A stretch of 49,431 bases of DNA, the filler included, from Catajapyx aquilonaris (lineage: Eukaryota): assembly GCA_000934665.2 (NCBI GenBank). It is 3 parts of 3 records of this genome, joined end to end, with 100 filler letters (N's around TTAATTAATTAA, not from the genome) between each part and the next. Parts side by side here need not be neighbours in the genome. Positions count along the whole stretch, not along the records: positions 1 to 16,408 come from JYFJ02007207.1; 2 more parts are not named here. One strand, given 5' to 3'. The notes under the pieces were generated by a model, which did not search any database, had not been told where the DNA came from, and saw nothing but the letters and a program-made list of their open reading frames with translations. The stretch's first letter is position 1; each line of letters starts with the position of its first letter. The translations under genes were made by a program, and so were the position numbers. Below are positions 1 to 11,712 of this stretch, in pieces.

Positions 1-1700
1 AAACATACCCGTAACCTGGCAGCGCCCAGGATTACCAACACATAAACACAAAAACACATAAACAGTCGCGACATTACTTTTGCGGTCAATAGTACATGTT
101 ACTAAACATTTAAATTCTAAAATTCTAATTCTAAATCAGAAAAGTGACATGGGATTTAATAGCTTGTAGGTGTGAGGCATAAAACAAGCATGAGTAGTAG
201 GAATAGAAATTTTTCCTAATGGCGCAAATTGCGATTTACGTTTTTTATGTTAAATTGGACTTGCACCCTCTATGTCAACCAATGCCCACATGGGCCACAT
301 CTGGTTAAATTATTTCCAAGTAAGTTTGTGATTGTATGCTCATAGCTTTGTCCGAATAAATGTGAGACTTGTCAGATGTAAAGTTATAGATTTCTAAGTG
401 GATTGTTTTTTATTAGAGTTTGTGCATAATGTGACTATATTACAATACACACCATTCGTATTTAATCTATATACTTTTATTATGGTTGTAAACCCTTGCA
501 GGAAATGGCCACCAGAATGCGAGCCACAATGACTGGCTTTGTGCATCCAGAGTTTTGAAGTAGGGTGTTGTCCTATAAGTATAGGTCTGTATCATGCTGG
601 CAAGGGGTGTCGATTGATAAATAATATACCATCATGGTGGAACATGACATGCAAAGCATGAGGTACTTAGCTACTGGGATGGAGGCGGGTAATATTGATT
701 CGTTATTAATTTGTGCTATATTCAGGTATTTACCTATGCATGGCCCTTTCTGTGGCTGTGGCTGTGCTGCAATAAATACTTTAATCCAAATGGAATATGC
801 AAAAGCAAAACATCTAAATATCTAATGATCTAAGTATATTATATGTTGCCATGCAGTGAAACAGACTATACAACAACAACAACATAAGCTGTCACCCTTT
901 GTCACCTTCGGCCTGCCTTCGGTTCTCCCTTTTCTCAAGGAAACCAACGAAGCTTGTGTCAAATCACTATTTATTGCGTTGTTCCGGCATGAAGTTGTTC
1001 CCGCTACACGGTGGACCCAGGGTCCAAAATACACACCACCTTGCCTCTTCCCTTCTTGGCCGTCTGTCCTCTTCTCCCTCTGCCCACCCCCGGCTCCTAT
1101 TCTCCCCCTTCCTCGCCCTCCTCTCACTCCCCCCACCTGAGGAGGGCCAACAGTAGGGCCTACAAACCACCGTGGTACATATAAACGAACAGTGAGAGAA
1201 ATTCCAGCTTGTGAAGTTCCCTGTTCATTAAAACGTCATATTTTCTTCAACTACTTGACGTTTACTTTAAATTAATTGACCCGCGATCCGTTCCGTGGGA
1301 CTGACGGACGGAGGAACCATTCATTCTGAGCGGTATTGTACATTACACATTACCATCAGAGACTCCACAAAATAATAACTCAGGAACACACGGGGCAAGG
1401 TTTACGAGCCACTATGGCACTCTATTCGGGACACGAACTACAATACATCCGTCCAGGAGGATGATCGAACAAGAACTTACATTCCATTCAAATCAACAAC
1501 GTCAGTGTCCTGGTAACAAGGGCAACAGACAACACAACCTAGTTGCCAGGACACTACAATATGTATATAGTACTACCTTTGGGCTATACCAAGTAAGTGG
1601 TCCACCGTGTCCCCTCGGTTTTATTCCTGATTTGCGTCGAATGTTGTGGTTATTGCGTCATACCGATAAGAAGTGTGTAACTGCGTGGGTCCCATAAAAC

Positions 1701-1890
1701 CTAGGCCCTAGGGGCAAGCACGTGGCCAGAATAAGGTTCCCTGGCTTCGCCCTGGCTGTTCCTGTGGATGGACGGGCAGTTAGCAGGGTGCTGAGAGCGT
1801 TTGAGCTGCGTCGGACTCACCTGAGGGCAAGGCAGGGGGCAAACTAGGCCCTAGGGGCAAGCACCGGGCCAGAATAAGCTTCCCTGGCTG
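1701..1890. repeat. Direct repeat of about 45 nt
   Basis: ctaggccctaggggcaagcac..ggccagaataag.ttccctggct occurs at about 1701 and about 1844. Confidence 0.75.
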
Positions 1891-1989
1891 TTACTGTGCA
1901 CGGCGCGAACGGCTAGGCGAGGGTACAGGGTAGCAACTGGCGCGTGGCGCCCCTTTTCGCGCCCTTTAGAAGCAATAAGTCATTTTGGG

Positions 1990-2424
1990 GTCACTCCCTC
2001 GATTTGTAAACAATGGAAGCGCTCTCCATGGGCTGATGTTTGAATCAAAGAGTTCTGCTATATTATATATATACCTAGAGGAGGCACTCGGGCTGAAATG
2101 TGAAGCAGGCAACAATGCAGGCAACAATATTACCTCCAACAAGGTGGCGGATGCCTAACATTATTGAACTAATTGTCGCCCAGTTGTCATTATTGGTTGT
2201 TGTCCCAGTTGCTAGACAACTGTTAGAACAACAATATTACCTCCAACAAGATGGCAACTTCCTCAGCCTGTCTAATGGAAAAGGATAGGGAGTACCTCCT
2301 CTAGGTATTATATTATATAATAGCAGAACTCTTTGGTTTGAATTGGCCCGCCGGACGGGGTTGCCAGGTAACGCCGCCGCCGCCGGAAAAAAACATTCAG
2401 CGACGGCTAATATGTCCAGCACTG
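1990..2424. mobile_element. Right arm of a CAGTG-ended (Tc1/mariner-type) fold-back MITE, same family as 22582-24056
   Basis: 2336-2426 (gtttgaattggcccgcc...gtccagcactgta) closely matches 23963-24058, and 1990-2045 matches the inner arm. No left TIR was found in this piece. Confidence 0.75.
2046..2335. mobile_element. hAT- or P-type MITE nested in the CAGTG element
   Basis: TIRs caaagagttctgcta...tagcagaactctttg with about 45 nt of imperfect extension; 8-bp TSD gtttgaat at 2038-2045 and 2336-2343. Confidence 0.8.
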
Positions 2425-2487
2425 TAGCACTCACTATTCACAATAAATCATTAATCATGGTATTTGTCATAAAATGGCATATTTAAT

Positions 2488-3802
2488 TCAAGGGTGGTAC
2501 ATCCAAACCTTAACAAGATAATCATCTCCAGCAGAAGCAAGAAGATAAGGAATTTTAGGATTCCAAGCCACAGAATTTACATCCTGGGAATGAGCTTTGA
2601 GCTCCTCTGCAACCATAGTGAACGTAGGATCGTGAGGATTTGGCCCCTCCCCTATTCCTTCCCCAAATTCCTCTCCTGGGCCATCCTCACCCAACTCCAC
2701 TCCTTCTTCTTTGAACACCCGTATCCCATCATCACCACTAGCAGTAGCAACCAATCCAGTGAGCTTGCACCAATCCACATCGTAAATTGGCAGTATGTGG
2801 TGACCAGTCAGAATACAGACACACTTCCAGGCTCCTCCTCCCTCTGTTGCAGTTACTCCCTCACCATTTCCTACAATCCCTTGTAAGTTCCCAGGTTCAT
2901 AATGGCGCCAGATACGCAGGCTCAGGTCATCACTGACAGTTGCCAGTCGTCTTCCAGTGATGTCCCATGACAAAGACCAAACTGTGGAGTCATGTCCTGA
3001 GAGTGTAGCCACACATGTCCAGTCTCCATCATCCTCTTCATACACCTTCACCAGATCGTCATAACTTGCTGAAGCTGCCAATTATAAATGAAAGTCCTGA
3101 TTATTGCAAGAGTATCATGAAGGCACTTAATTGAAGATATATGTAAAGTATTCTCTGACTGAATATGGCAATAGCATTTCTAATCTCATGTAATTCATGG
3201 TTGAGCCCATTGGCATGACCCCAAGCCCAAATTCTGCAATGGCAATATCTTTTAATTCGTGCTCAGCACATCAACATACGTTACATACCCAATATATCAA
3301 GATGTGGATGCCATGCAACCTTCTTGACATCCTGTGTGTGCTCATTCAGCACAGCAGCACATTCAAATTCATTGTCGTCTTCATCAGTAAGCTCCCACAC
3401 CATCACACTCTTGTCCCTGCCGCAGCTGGCCAAGTACTGCCCCGAGGGTGACCAGGCCACAGCCTTGACTTCATTCTCATGCCCCTCTAGTGTGTGCACA
3501 CACTCCAACTGTGCTGCAGGTGACCCTCCTCTAGGCCTCCCCCAAATGGCCACAGTGGCATCGAACGAAGCCGATGCCAGAAACCTCCCGCATTTGGACC
3601 AAGCGCTCTGTCTAACAGTACGGTCATGCGACTCAGTCAGGACAGCCCTCTGCGTCCATACACCAAGCTCCTCCTTTCCCCATACCCTCACGGTCTTGTC
3701 TTCTCCACAGGAGGTAAGCAGGGTACCATCTGGGCTCCATCCCACATTCCACACACGGCTTTTGTGGCCCACCAGGCTGGAGATAAGCTGAAGACGTCCC
3801 AT
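2488..3802 (-). CDS. CIAO1: Cytosolic iron-sulfur assembly component CIAO1 (WD40 protein), 2 exons: 3802-3289, 3074-2488; about 366 aa
   Basis: WD40 repeats with CIAO1-typical motifs (H.RTVR..AWS.CG.FLASASFDAT, LEGHENEVKAVAWS, FECAAVLNEHTQDVKKVAWHP, DDGDWTCVATLSGHDSTVWS, AHSQDVNSVAWNP). A phase-1 GT..AG intron (3288-3075) joins to give ILASASYDD. Confidence 0.95.
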
Positions 3803-6800
3803 ACTGGATTGGATAGCTCAGTCAATGAGCGTCCCAAGTGATGACTGAAATATGAAGGCGAGGAGGCTTGTTTCAGAGACAAAAAGTGAATAAATCAGAC
3901 CTTTTTCAAAGCGACCCAAGAGAATGTGGGCGCCATGTTGGTCCTTGGTGGCGATAAGGGTTGCCAGATGAATGTCTGGCAACCTTGACAGCGCGTTTAA
4001 TTCAATTCATCTGCACTTTTGATGTCGAATCGGATCTTCAACATGGGGGCATAGTTAGATTATTTTACTTTTAGGAATAAAATAATGAGATATATATCAA
4101 ACTTGTCACTCATTGTGCAAAAGTCATTACGTTCTCATGAGCGCGATGATCCACTAAAATACACGTAGCCTACTGTACGAAAAATGCAGTTTTTTGTGCT
4201 TTAGGCGTGTTCAATCTGTTTTATGTGTCATTATTAGCCTCGATTAGTAGAACCGCAAGGGAAACAAATGAGGGAAGCTATCATTTTGGGGTGTAAAAAA
4301 AAGCATGTCTGCAATGATTTAGGAATGATTACTGAAATGTTTATAACTTCAAAATTTATTTAAAAGCTTAATAATGTACATAATTATTGGAGGAAGCAGT
4401 TGACCTACATATTGCACTGTATAGGTAGCCTATTTATTGTAGCATGTTATTGTTGTTCGTTCTTGACAATATGTACTTGAAAACGAGTTATTTTTGCAGC
4501 CATTGCAGGTATATGCCTATTTTTGTCACTATTACCAGCTATTACTAAACTATGAAAAAGTAATTCTGGCTTAGAAAATGTTATAAAAACTTCATTTGCA
4601 GAACGATCAGGGTCTTGTTCACGTGCAATTTGCGTCACACATTGCGTGTAATATACTGGCGTCCTATACGTTTAAAAAAAAGCGCACCTGAACATTGCGA
4701 TAACGTATAGTTGTTTTCCTCGTTTGAGAGACAAGTCAGTATTATGCTAGAGCTATTTTGTTATTCTAAAAAAATATTGAAGCAAGGGGTACTGTAAAGA
4801 ATAGTGCAATCTTAAGACACTCATCTCTTAAAATCACTCCATAGTGACTAAATTATTATTAATTGTTTTATGTATATTTCAGGTATTCATGTTTACTTTT
4901 GCTTTGCTTCTCAGGCATGCTAAATTGCTAATCACTGGCTTACGTCGACTACAGTTTTGTAATACGTACGTGTCTCTGAGAAACAAAATCACGAATCCAA
5001 AATATTCAACCCTCATTTTGTGGCACCAGCACGTTATTATCTTACCCGTTCTCTCTCTAGCGCACACGTGCTCAAAAGGAGGACAAAACCACCAGTGATT
5101 AATATCCTGAAATGCTGAAATAAATTTTATACGCCCATTAGTCTCTATTACACCCTTATTTTTCCTCAATACCAGCACCACAATTAATCCAACCCTTCCT
5201 GTACCTCTCATTAAGTGAATTAGAACAAGCAATAAATCAGTGGGCAATGAAAACTGTTTCCGGTCCCCAAAATTCTCTCTCGGCCTTATTACTTGTATGG
5301 AATGTAAGAGGAAACGAGGGAAGTGGAGGTGGTGGTGGGGGCGAAAGTCTGGAGAGGTTTGGGGGCGATAGGTGTTGCCATCCGTGAAGGTCTTTGGGCC
5401 CGAGGAAAAATAGGTAGTTCCGGATCGGAGGCGCTTTAGTGGGGCATGGCAGCAGCCAACTGGCAAGCAGAAGCAGCTAACCGGATGGTCTGCCGGACCA
5501 CGGACCAACGGACGTTGCTGACCTGGAATATAATGTTATAAGGCTACCACAAATAGGAGAAAACTCTCAAGTGTTGTTTCAAATGTGCTGACTTTTTTAG
5601 TCTGAAAGTAGAGATGCGGCAGACTGTACCTTCGGAATGCCGTGGGCCATGTCATGTTTGCATGCAATCACTAACACCACTGACCCTCCACAATTTACGT
5701 GCATTCCATTCCCCCCATTCTGATGAATAAACCGTATCCACGTGCTGTGAGGAATTCAACTAGACCAGAAGCCGTGAAGTTGTGACGTGTCAAGGTGTCG
5801 CACAATCGCACATTTTTATGGTAGAGTTAGGCTAATTTCAAATGGGTGTTAGGCTGTACAGGTTTATAACAGGATTCTACATAGGAATGCCAAGCAGCCA
5901 GACAGTCGGGCATTCCTATAATTAAGCGCCCGTCACTTAACTTTCATTCTTCTGTCACATATTTTCGCCCACCACGGTTGAAGATTACCGTAGGTTCAGA
6001 CATATATCCCAAGGATGCTACCGGATGGCCTTTGGTACACCAAACAGGGATTAATTCGTACAATCCATTTTTTAATGTTTGTCTGGATCATAATGGTTGA
6101 CAAAATTAATAGTTAAATTAGGGAAAGGTCCAACTAATTACGAAGAAGTCCCATCGCCAGAACGAGATCAGTGGGAACGGTCTGGAGCAGTGAAAGGCGG
6201 CGAAGTCTATCCGGGATGGAGCAGTTCTCATGTCCATCCGGTTGCTTGGCCTGCATGTAAAAGAGGTCTGTCTGCCGCCCGTCAGCCTGTTGGGGCTAAG
6301 GTGATGGAAGAAAGATGTGCCTGGAGGTGGCAGTGGTCGTGGCCGAAGCAAGAAAAGAGGCAGGGCGCTCCAGGCAAGGCCGCCTGGTCTCCTTGGATGG
6401 CCGCCGAGGACGGTCACTCAACCCCACCAGGAATGCTCTTCCGCCCACTCACCCTGTCCAAATATAAGGAATGGTGCTGGTGGGGGGTAAATCATCCGGT
6501 TCGTGTCCACGTATCAAATAAAGCGCCATCATGAGTGCAAGAAACGTGACATATAGAAGGTGCATTGGCCAAGGTCGGATATATCTCGAGGGTGTGTTTA
6601 TTTCAACCATTCTGGCGCAATTGCAGTTGGTATACGTCCCAAGGTTGCAATATAAGCTGCAAGGGGCGGAAGAATTGAAATTGCCATATTGAGTAAGACT
6701 TTAGTGGATAACACCAACTTCCTGCTGGGTTGCAGTATTATTGAGGATAGTGGTCGGAATGGGATGGAAGAATTATTTAAGGTTCAGAAAAATTCTGGTC

Positions 6801-8682
6801 GCAGTCGAGAGCCTGTGAAAAATGTGAATGTCTAGAACCAGGATGGAATGCAACGCACGATTTGTAAGCCGCAGGCAGATCATTGTAAGTAGACAACAGC
6901 ACAAGATTTACGTTACACTTGCTGGTGCACAACAAGTATCCATTCCCCTCATTACATCGAAATCGAGCGACTGGTTTCGAAAAATACAATATTCATTAGT
7001 CGGCAACACAGGAGTGTGGGGGTGAATGGGAAGGATGTAATATGAAGGTCACTAGGGAAGATTTTTACTCCTCTTGCATCCGGCTCTTGTCCAGCAGCCA
7101 CCACCGGTAGCAGTGTCAGCTTCCGCTTGAATGCATGGCAAATGAGACATTTTCTCTCAGTTTCATCCGGGATAGCCATTGCCCTGCTTTCTTTCTTTGA
7201 CGTCATGGCCATATCTGGCCGTACAACTATGTCCGGATGTCCGGTGGATTCTGCAGCTAACATCATATAGTAGGCTAATCTTTAAAAAAAAGGCCTATCG
7301 TCTAGAACCCGGTGTGCCAGAAAATCTCATCCGGGAGCAAGTCTGCTGGACCTCTCCGGACCAGCATCTTCGAGAGTGATTCTGAAACATTCTCCTCTTT
7401 CCTCTGGTTACGTAAGTGGGCCGCTAGGACGACGTGGGTTACATACAGAACGTTACGTCCGGCGGATGTGCTCTCAATTTTTGGCCCTTCTTCACCATCG
7501 TCCGTCCATCGTCCCTCTGCCTTCTTCTGGTGCAGCAACTATCTGGTGGTGCCTATTGGTGTTGGCTGCTATCAGACCCATCCCCTCTACCCAACCACCC
7601 CCCTCTCCTGTATCTGAACCTACCTTGCCTGCCCACCTTCCTACCTGTCCTACCCCCTCTTCACCAACTCACCTCCTCAGTCCCGCACTTGGACGCCTCC
7701 ACTTCTGTTCGGGTTTCTTCCTTCTCCTGCCTCAGTGAATTTTGGGAAGGATTTGTGTTAGAAAGTGGAATTTGATATCGACAGGACCGAAATGACAGGC
7801 CAGACTGTAAGTAATGTCACATGATGAACACTGTGTGACAAGTGTCTCATTTTCCTCTTTTAGGACAGGTGCCAAATCAGCAATTACTACCTGAAAGCCA
7901 ATCTGATAAACTGCTGATTAACCTATCATTGTTAAAGACGTGCTAGAATTCGTATAAAAAATGAAGTACCGGTATTAGGCTATATAAAGACTGGAATTAG
8001 AGCGTGATACGGTAGATGCCGTGTCAAGTTGAGGTGTGAAGATGTAACCAAACTAACATTTTTTCAAGGGCAGACAATGATAGTCTCATGACAGCAAACA
8101 TGAAATAATACTAACATATGTAGGCTAGACTTCCGGTTGTCTGGCACCTTTCCCGACATTCCTCCAGCATACCACCCCCACACCTCCAGGCGATGGGGAA
8201 TTCCAACTTCATTCCTTCCTAGTTTTTCACCCCTATTGCGACCCTCCTTGATAAATATGCACTAAGTACGCTCAAAATTTAAATATCCCAATGTAAATGA
8301 AAGGCTCTTTCCAAATCCGTACGTGGGTCGCTGTTCTGCCCACATGATCGTAATGTCCGGGTGAGGAGGTGGCATAGGCATTCCAAGCATCCCATTCATC
8401 CACCTGAGAGTCACATATTTGCACCTGGATTTACACACGGGGCCCGCACGGCCGGTATGTGACTCACGTCTATATTCACACGACTGAATGACGGAATCAC
8501 CCATCGCATCGCCAGTGGTGACTTGAAGGTGCGAATAGAAACGGAGCCTTTTTAGAAGATCTCGCTCAGAAGAGGCAACGTACAGTGTACGAAGCAAGAA
8601 ACACGACCGGGCGAACGTATCCCGCCGACCGTACATTTTCACAGGTCGGTGGGACTTTCGTCCGTTTGAGTTATTGCGTTTC

Positions 8683-8696
8683 ACCGCCATGGCAAC
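8683..8696. promoter_or_regulatory. RFX X-box-like motif upstream of the EF-hand gene
   Basis: ACCGCC-AT-GGCAAC fits the relaxed RYYNYY-N1-3-RRNRAC consensus and lies 70 nt upstream of the predicted ATG at 8766. Confidence 0.4.
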
Positions 8697-8765
8697 AGTG
8701 TCTGGACAATTCGGTCAACAAACCTGCTGTGGTAGGACGTTCTACGAACACCGGTACCTCCAAAA

Positions 8766-11237
8766 ATGGGTAACGTCCTGAACTATTTCCTGAACCGAAT
8801 GGTGGAGTACCCAGTGAAGAGGAGGCCCATGTGTTTCTACGAAGCCAACGAGTTCGACGCTACGGGTGGGTGCTTTCTAGGAATCCAGACTCTTAATTGG
8901 ACCAACAATATTCGTGAAGAATAAACACGAGTTCGCGTACTGTAGGCTGGCAGGTGTGGAATTTCCGGGGCCTTCGGGGGAAATTCCCAGATGAGTCATC
9001 GCTCTGCAGCAAATAGGTGGACGTGTCCAGCCAATAGCAGTTCAGGTGTTAATAGCAATGGGAGCCTGATTAGGCTATAATGATTATAATGATGTTTCAA
9101 GACCTGACATGCAGAATGATCTTATGCACACTTGAATAATTTCGAGATATGCCCTTTTCTACAATAGGTGACTGTAATTTCTGTAGCATGGAGCATCAAA
9201 AAGTACTTACATAGTGCCTAATTCAATTTTGATCAGTGTGATGAATCACTCTGCATGCCAAGGCTACGTTATGTCACATTAGGAGAGGAGTATACATTAG
9301 GAGCCGCCCCATTGCATACTTTGAATACTATGAAAAAAATCATAACTCATGTCAGATAATGTTAGAGCCTGCAAAGTCTAATATCGTGCCCTGCTATAAC
9401 TTTACAATATTCCTAGTTACTGCTAGTTACTGCTAACTTAGCAGTACCAGTGTTGGGAATGGTTACAGCTAAGTTAGCAGTATAGTGGGTCGAAAATTTT
9501 ACCAATTATTTTTAATCTACCTCGTTTCAACTTAGAGGAACAAGCTAATTTCTTAATATGGCCAGCCATTGCATTTTAGTCTCGCCATATAATAAACCCA
9601 AAACCGCCCAAAACGCTGCTGAAGCTCACCATTCAACATTAAGATAAGAAATAATTTATGGTTTTTTTCTCTTTTTATTCCTGGATTATGAAAACCTATC
9701 AATGTGTAAAAATGAAAACCTGTAAGGAAGCTGAAAGAATCACCAGTAATACCAAGAGCTAATAACAGTTATTAGCTCTTGGTAATACGTAGAACCACAC
9801 TGTTGATGACGTCTTATCAAAAGAGTGCAAGATTCATCCAATGAAAATACGTGTGAATCAAGTATCCACTTTAAATAGTTGAAACCAATATGTTATGTGG
9901 CCTTACTTCAGGGAAATTTTTCAACTGAAATACCATCTCATTGTAATTTTCGGCCCTCGAGTGTGACCAGCTGAAATCCTACAGATTCGTTCACCTGAAA
10001 ACTGAGTGCCAAATGGTTGAAGCATGAACCACTGGCAAGGCAACCTGGAGGTGAAACACCTGGTTGACATACTGATGGTACAATTAAACCACTTTGTGTA
10101 GCTATTTTGCCTGATACAATATCAGTTGAGTAGTTTTTACACATTATAATATTATTCACAATCAATATGAAGTTTTTTGTTAGGTCTGAATAGTTAAGCC
10201 AATGTCTATAAGTTGCCGCATAATGCAATCATATGCCATACAACATGAACAATAATTATAGCCAATCAATCATTTATTTTATAAGTTTTGCACTTTTGTA
10301 TGCAATACTTATTGAAAGTGAAGATGTAAGAATTAGATAATTTAAAAGTTCACCTTAGTGAATAGCAATATTAAAGAGAGAATCTTGTTACTTTTTAATA
10401 GAGCTACTACTAATATTGTGATAAATAGTTTTTCATAGAGTTTTGATAATTGACTTGGGTGTCCTCCATTGCGGACTGCTCTTCTCATCATCATCAATTT
10501 GTCTGTCTGTTTGTTTGAATCATTTAATAGTCCACTGGCCACCTGTAACAGCATACCACGAAGTACTGATTTATTGCTTATATGTATGACCAAATTATCA
10601 TACTTAACCAATGACAATTTCAGGCAATCCATATCCTACTGTGGCGAGGGGTGAGGTAGTGTATGATCGTGTGATGAAGGAGCTCTTTGCTGATGTCCTC
10701 GAATGGAGGAGACATCTTCAGGCGGCCAGAGAGAAGCACTCAAAATGCAAACCAGAGGAACTGGTCCTTAGGTATCCAGAATGGGATGTGGTCATCATTC
10801 ATGACCTGCTCAACACATTCACTGCCCTTGACATCAACAACGATGGGATTGTTCACTTCAAAGAAGTGTAATGCTTCCTACGATTCTCATAAGCCAACAA
10901 TATATTTACTTGTCTATTTCTGACCAGGAGTATGATCATGAACGACTTTGGGGATGTGTCTTCTCCAGAAACTCGTCGTGCAGAGTTTGATGCAGTGGAT
11001 ACAAATAAGCGAGGTTACCTTGACTTTGAACAGTTCACAGATGTAAGTTATAGTTTTGAGTTTTTTTTGAACAGTGACGCTAAAAATATATCATCTCATT
11101 TGCAGTTCATGTACAGCGTGACTGTGAAGGGAAATAACCCTGGAAACTTGGGCCATACCTTGCTGATTGTGGACCAGAATGTCAAGGCTGTCAACAGCAT
11201 GTCAGTTCTCCAGCAAATTGATGCAGGGTTGTTTTGA
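8766..11237 (+). CDS. Uncharacterised two-EF-hand calcium-binding protein, predicted exons 8766-8865, 10624-10867, 10928-11042, 11106-11237; about 196 aa
   Basis: EF loops DINNDGIVHFKE (canonical) and DTNKRGYLDFEQ (Q at position 12). The 60- and 63-nt GT..AG introns keep the frame, and AATAAA lies near 11300. Exon 1 (MGNVLNYFLNRMVEYPVKRRPMCFYEANEFDATG, donor GTGGGT) is inferred from the phase match and is less certain than exons 2-4. Confidence 0.8.
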
Positions 11238-11712
11238 GACAAAAGTTGAACTGATCCATGCAGAAAATATGGCAGGCATGAAAGTATTATTCAGAGAAAA
11301 ATAAAACAAAATCTATTTGGTAACCCTGAAGTGTTTGCCACCTATATGAGACTCAGACTCACTGCTACATTGCACGATTTTCTAAATGATCAGGAATGAA
11401 AGGTCTGCTGGGCCTAAAAGAACTTGTGAACATCCGAGTAAAAACAAAGGCAACAAACTGACACCAGTGGATATGTTTTTCTCATCATAACAATATTTTA
11501 ATGAGAAATTGGAGAAGGAATGGGCTTTGCAGATTATCAGGAAGTGCATTATTTAAACAAAATATGCAACTGTGCCTATAAATTTAATTTAAGCATTGCT
11601 TATATACATTTTCAGGAGTGTGGGCTCCAAGAGGCCTGTACGAAGTACAAAAAATACAATTTTTCTCACAGCCAGGTTTGTATCTTCTAGTTCCTTTCTT
11701 GCATAGCCTTCC

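Noticed and set aside
5280..5520. Sequence read backwards gives MDKKEPGFLEVP...GECK followed by GTATGT, suggesting a reversed exon
   Set aside because: The low-complexity G-rich tract gives similar peptides in either direction, and nearby sequence (6181-6420) has ordinary dinucleotide bias.
6097..6534. 145-aa ORF (also 4879-5508 and 8262-8690) as viral or transposon proteins
   Set aside because: No recognisable motif, and the composition fits chance ORFs in GC-rich DNA.
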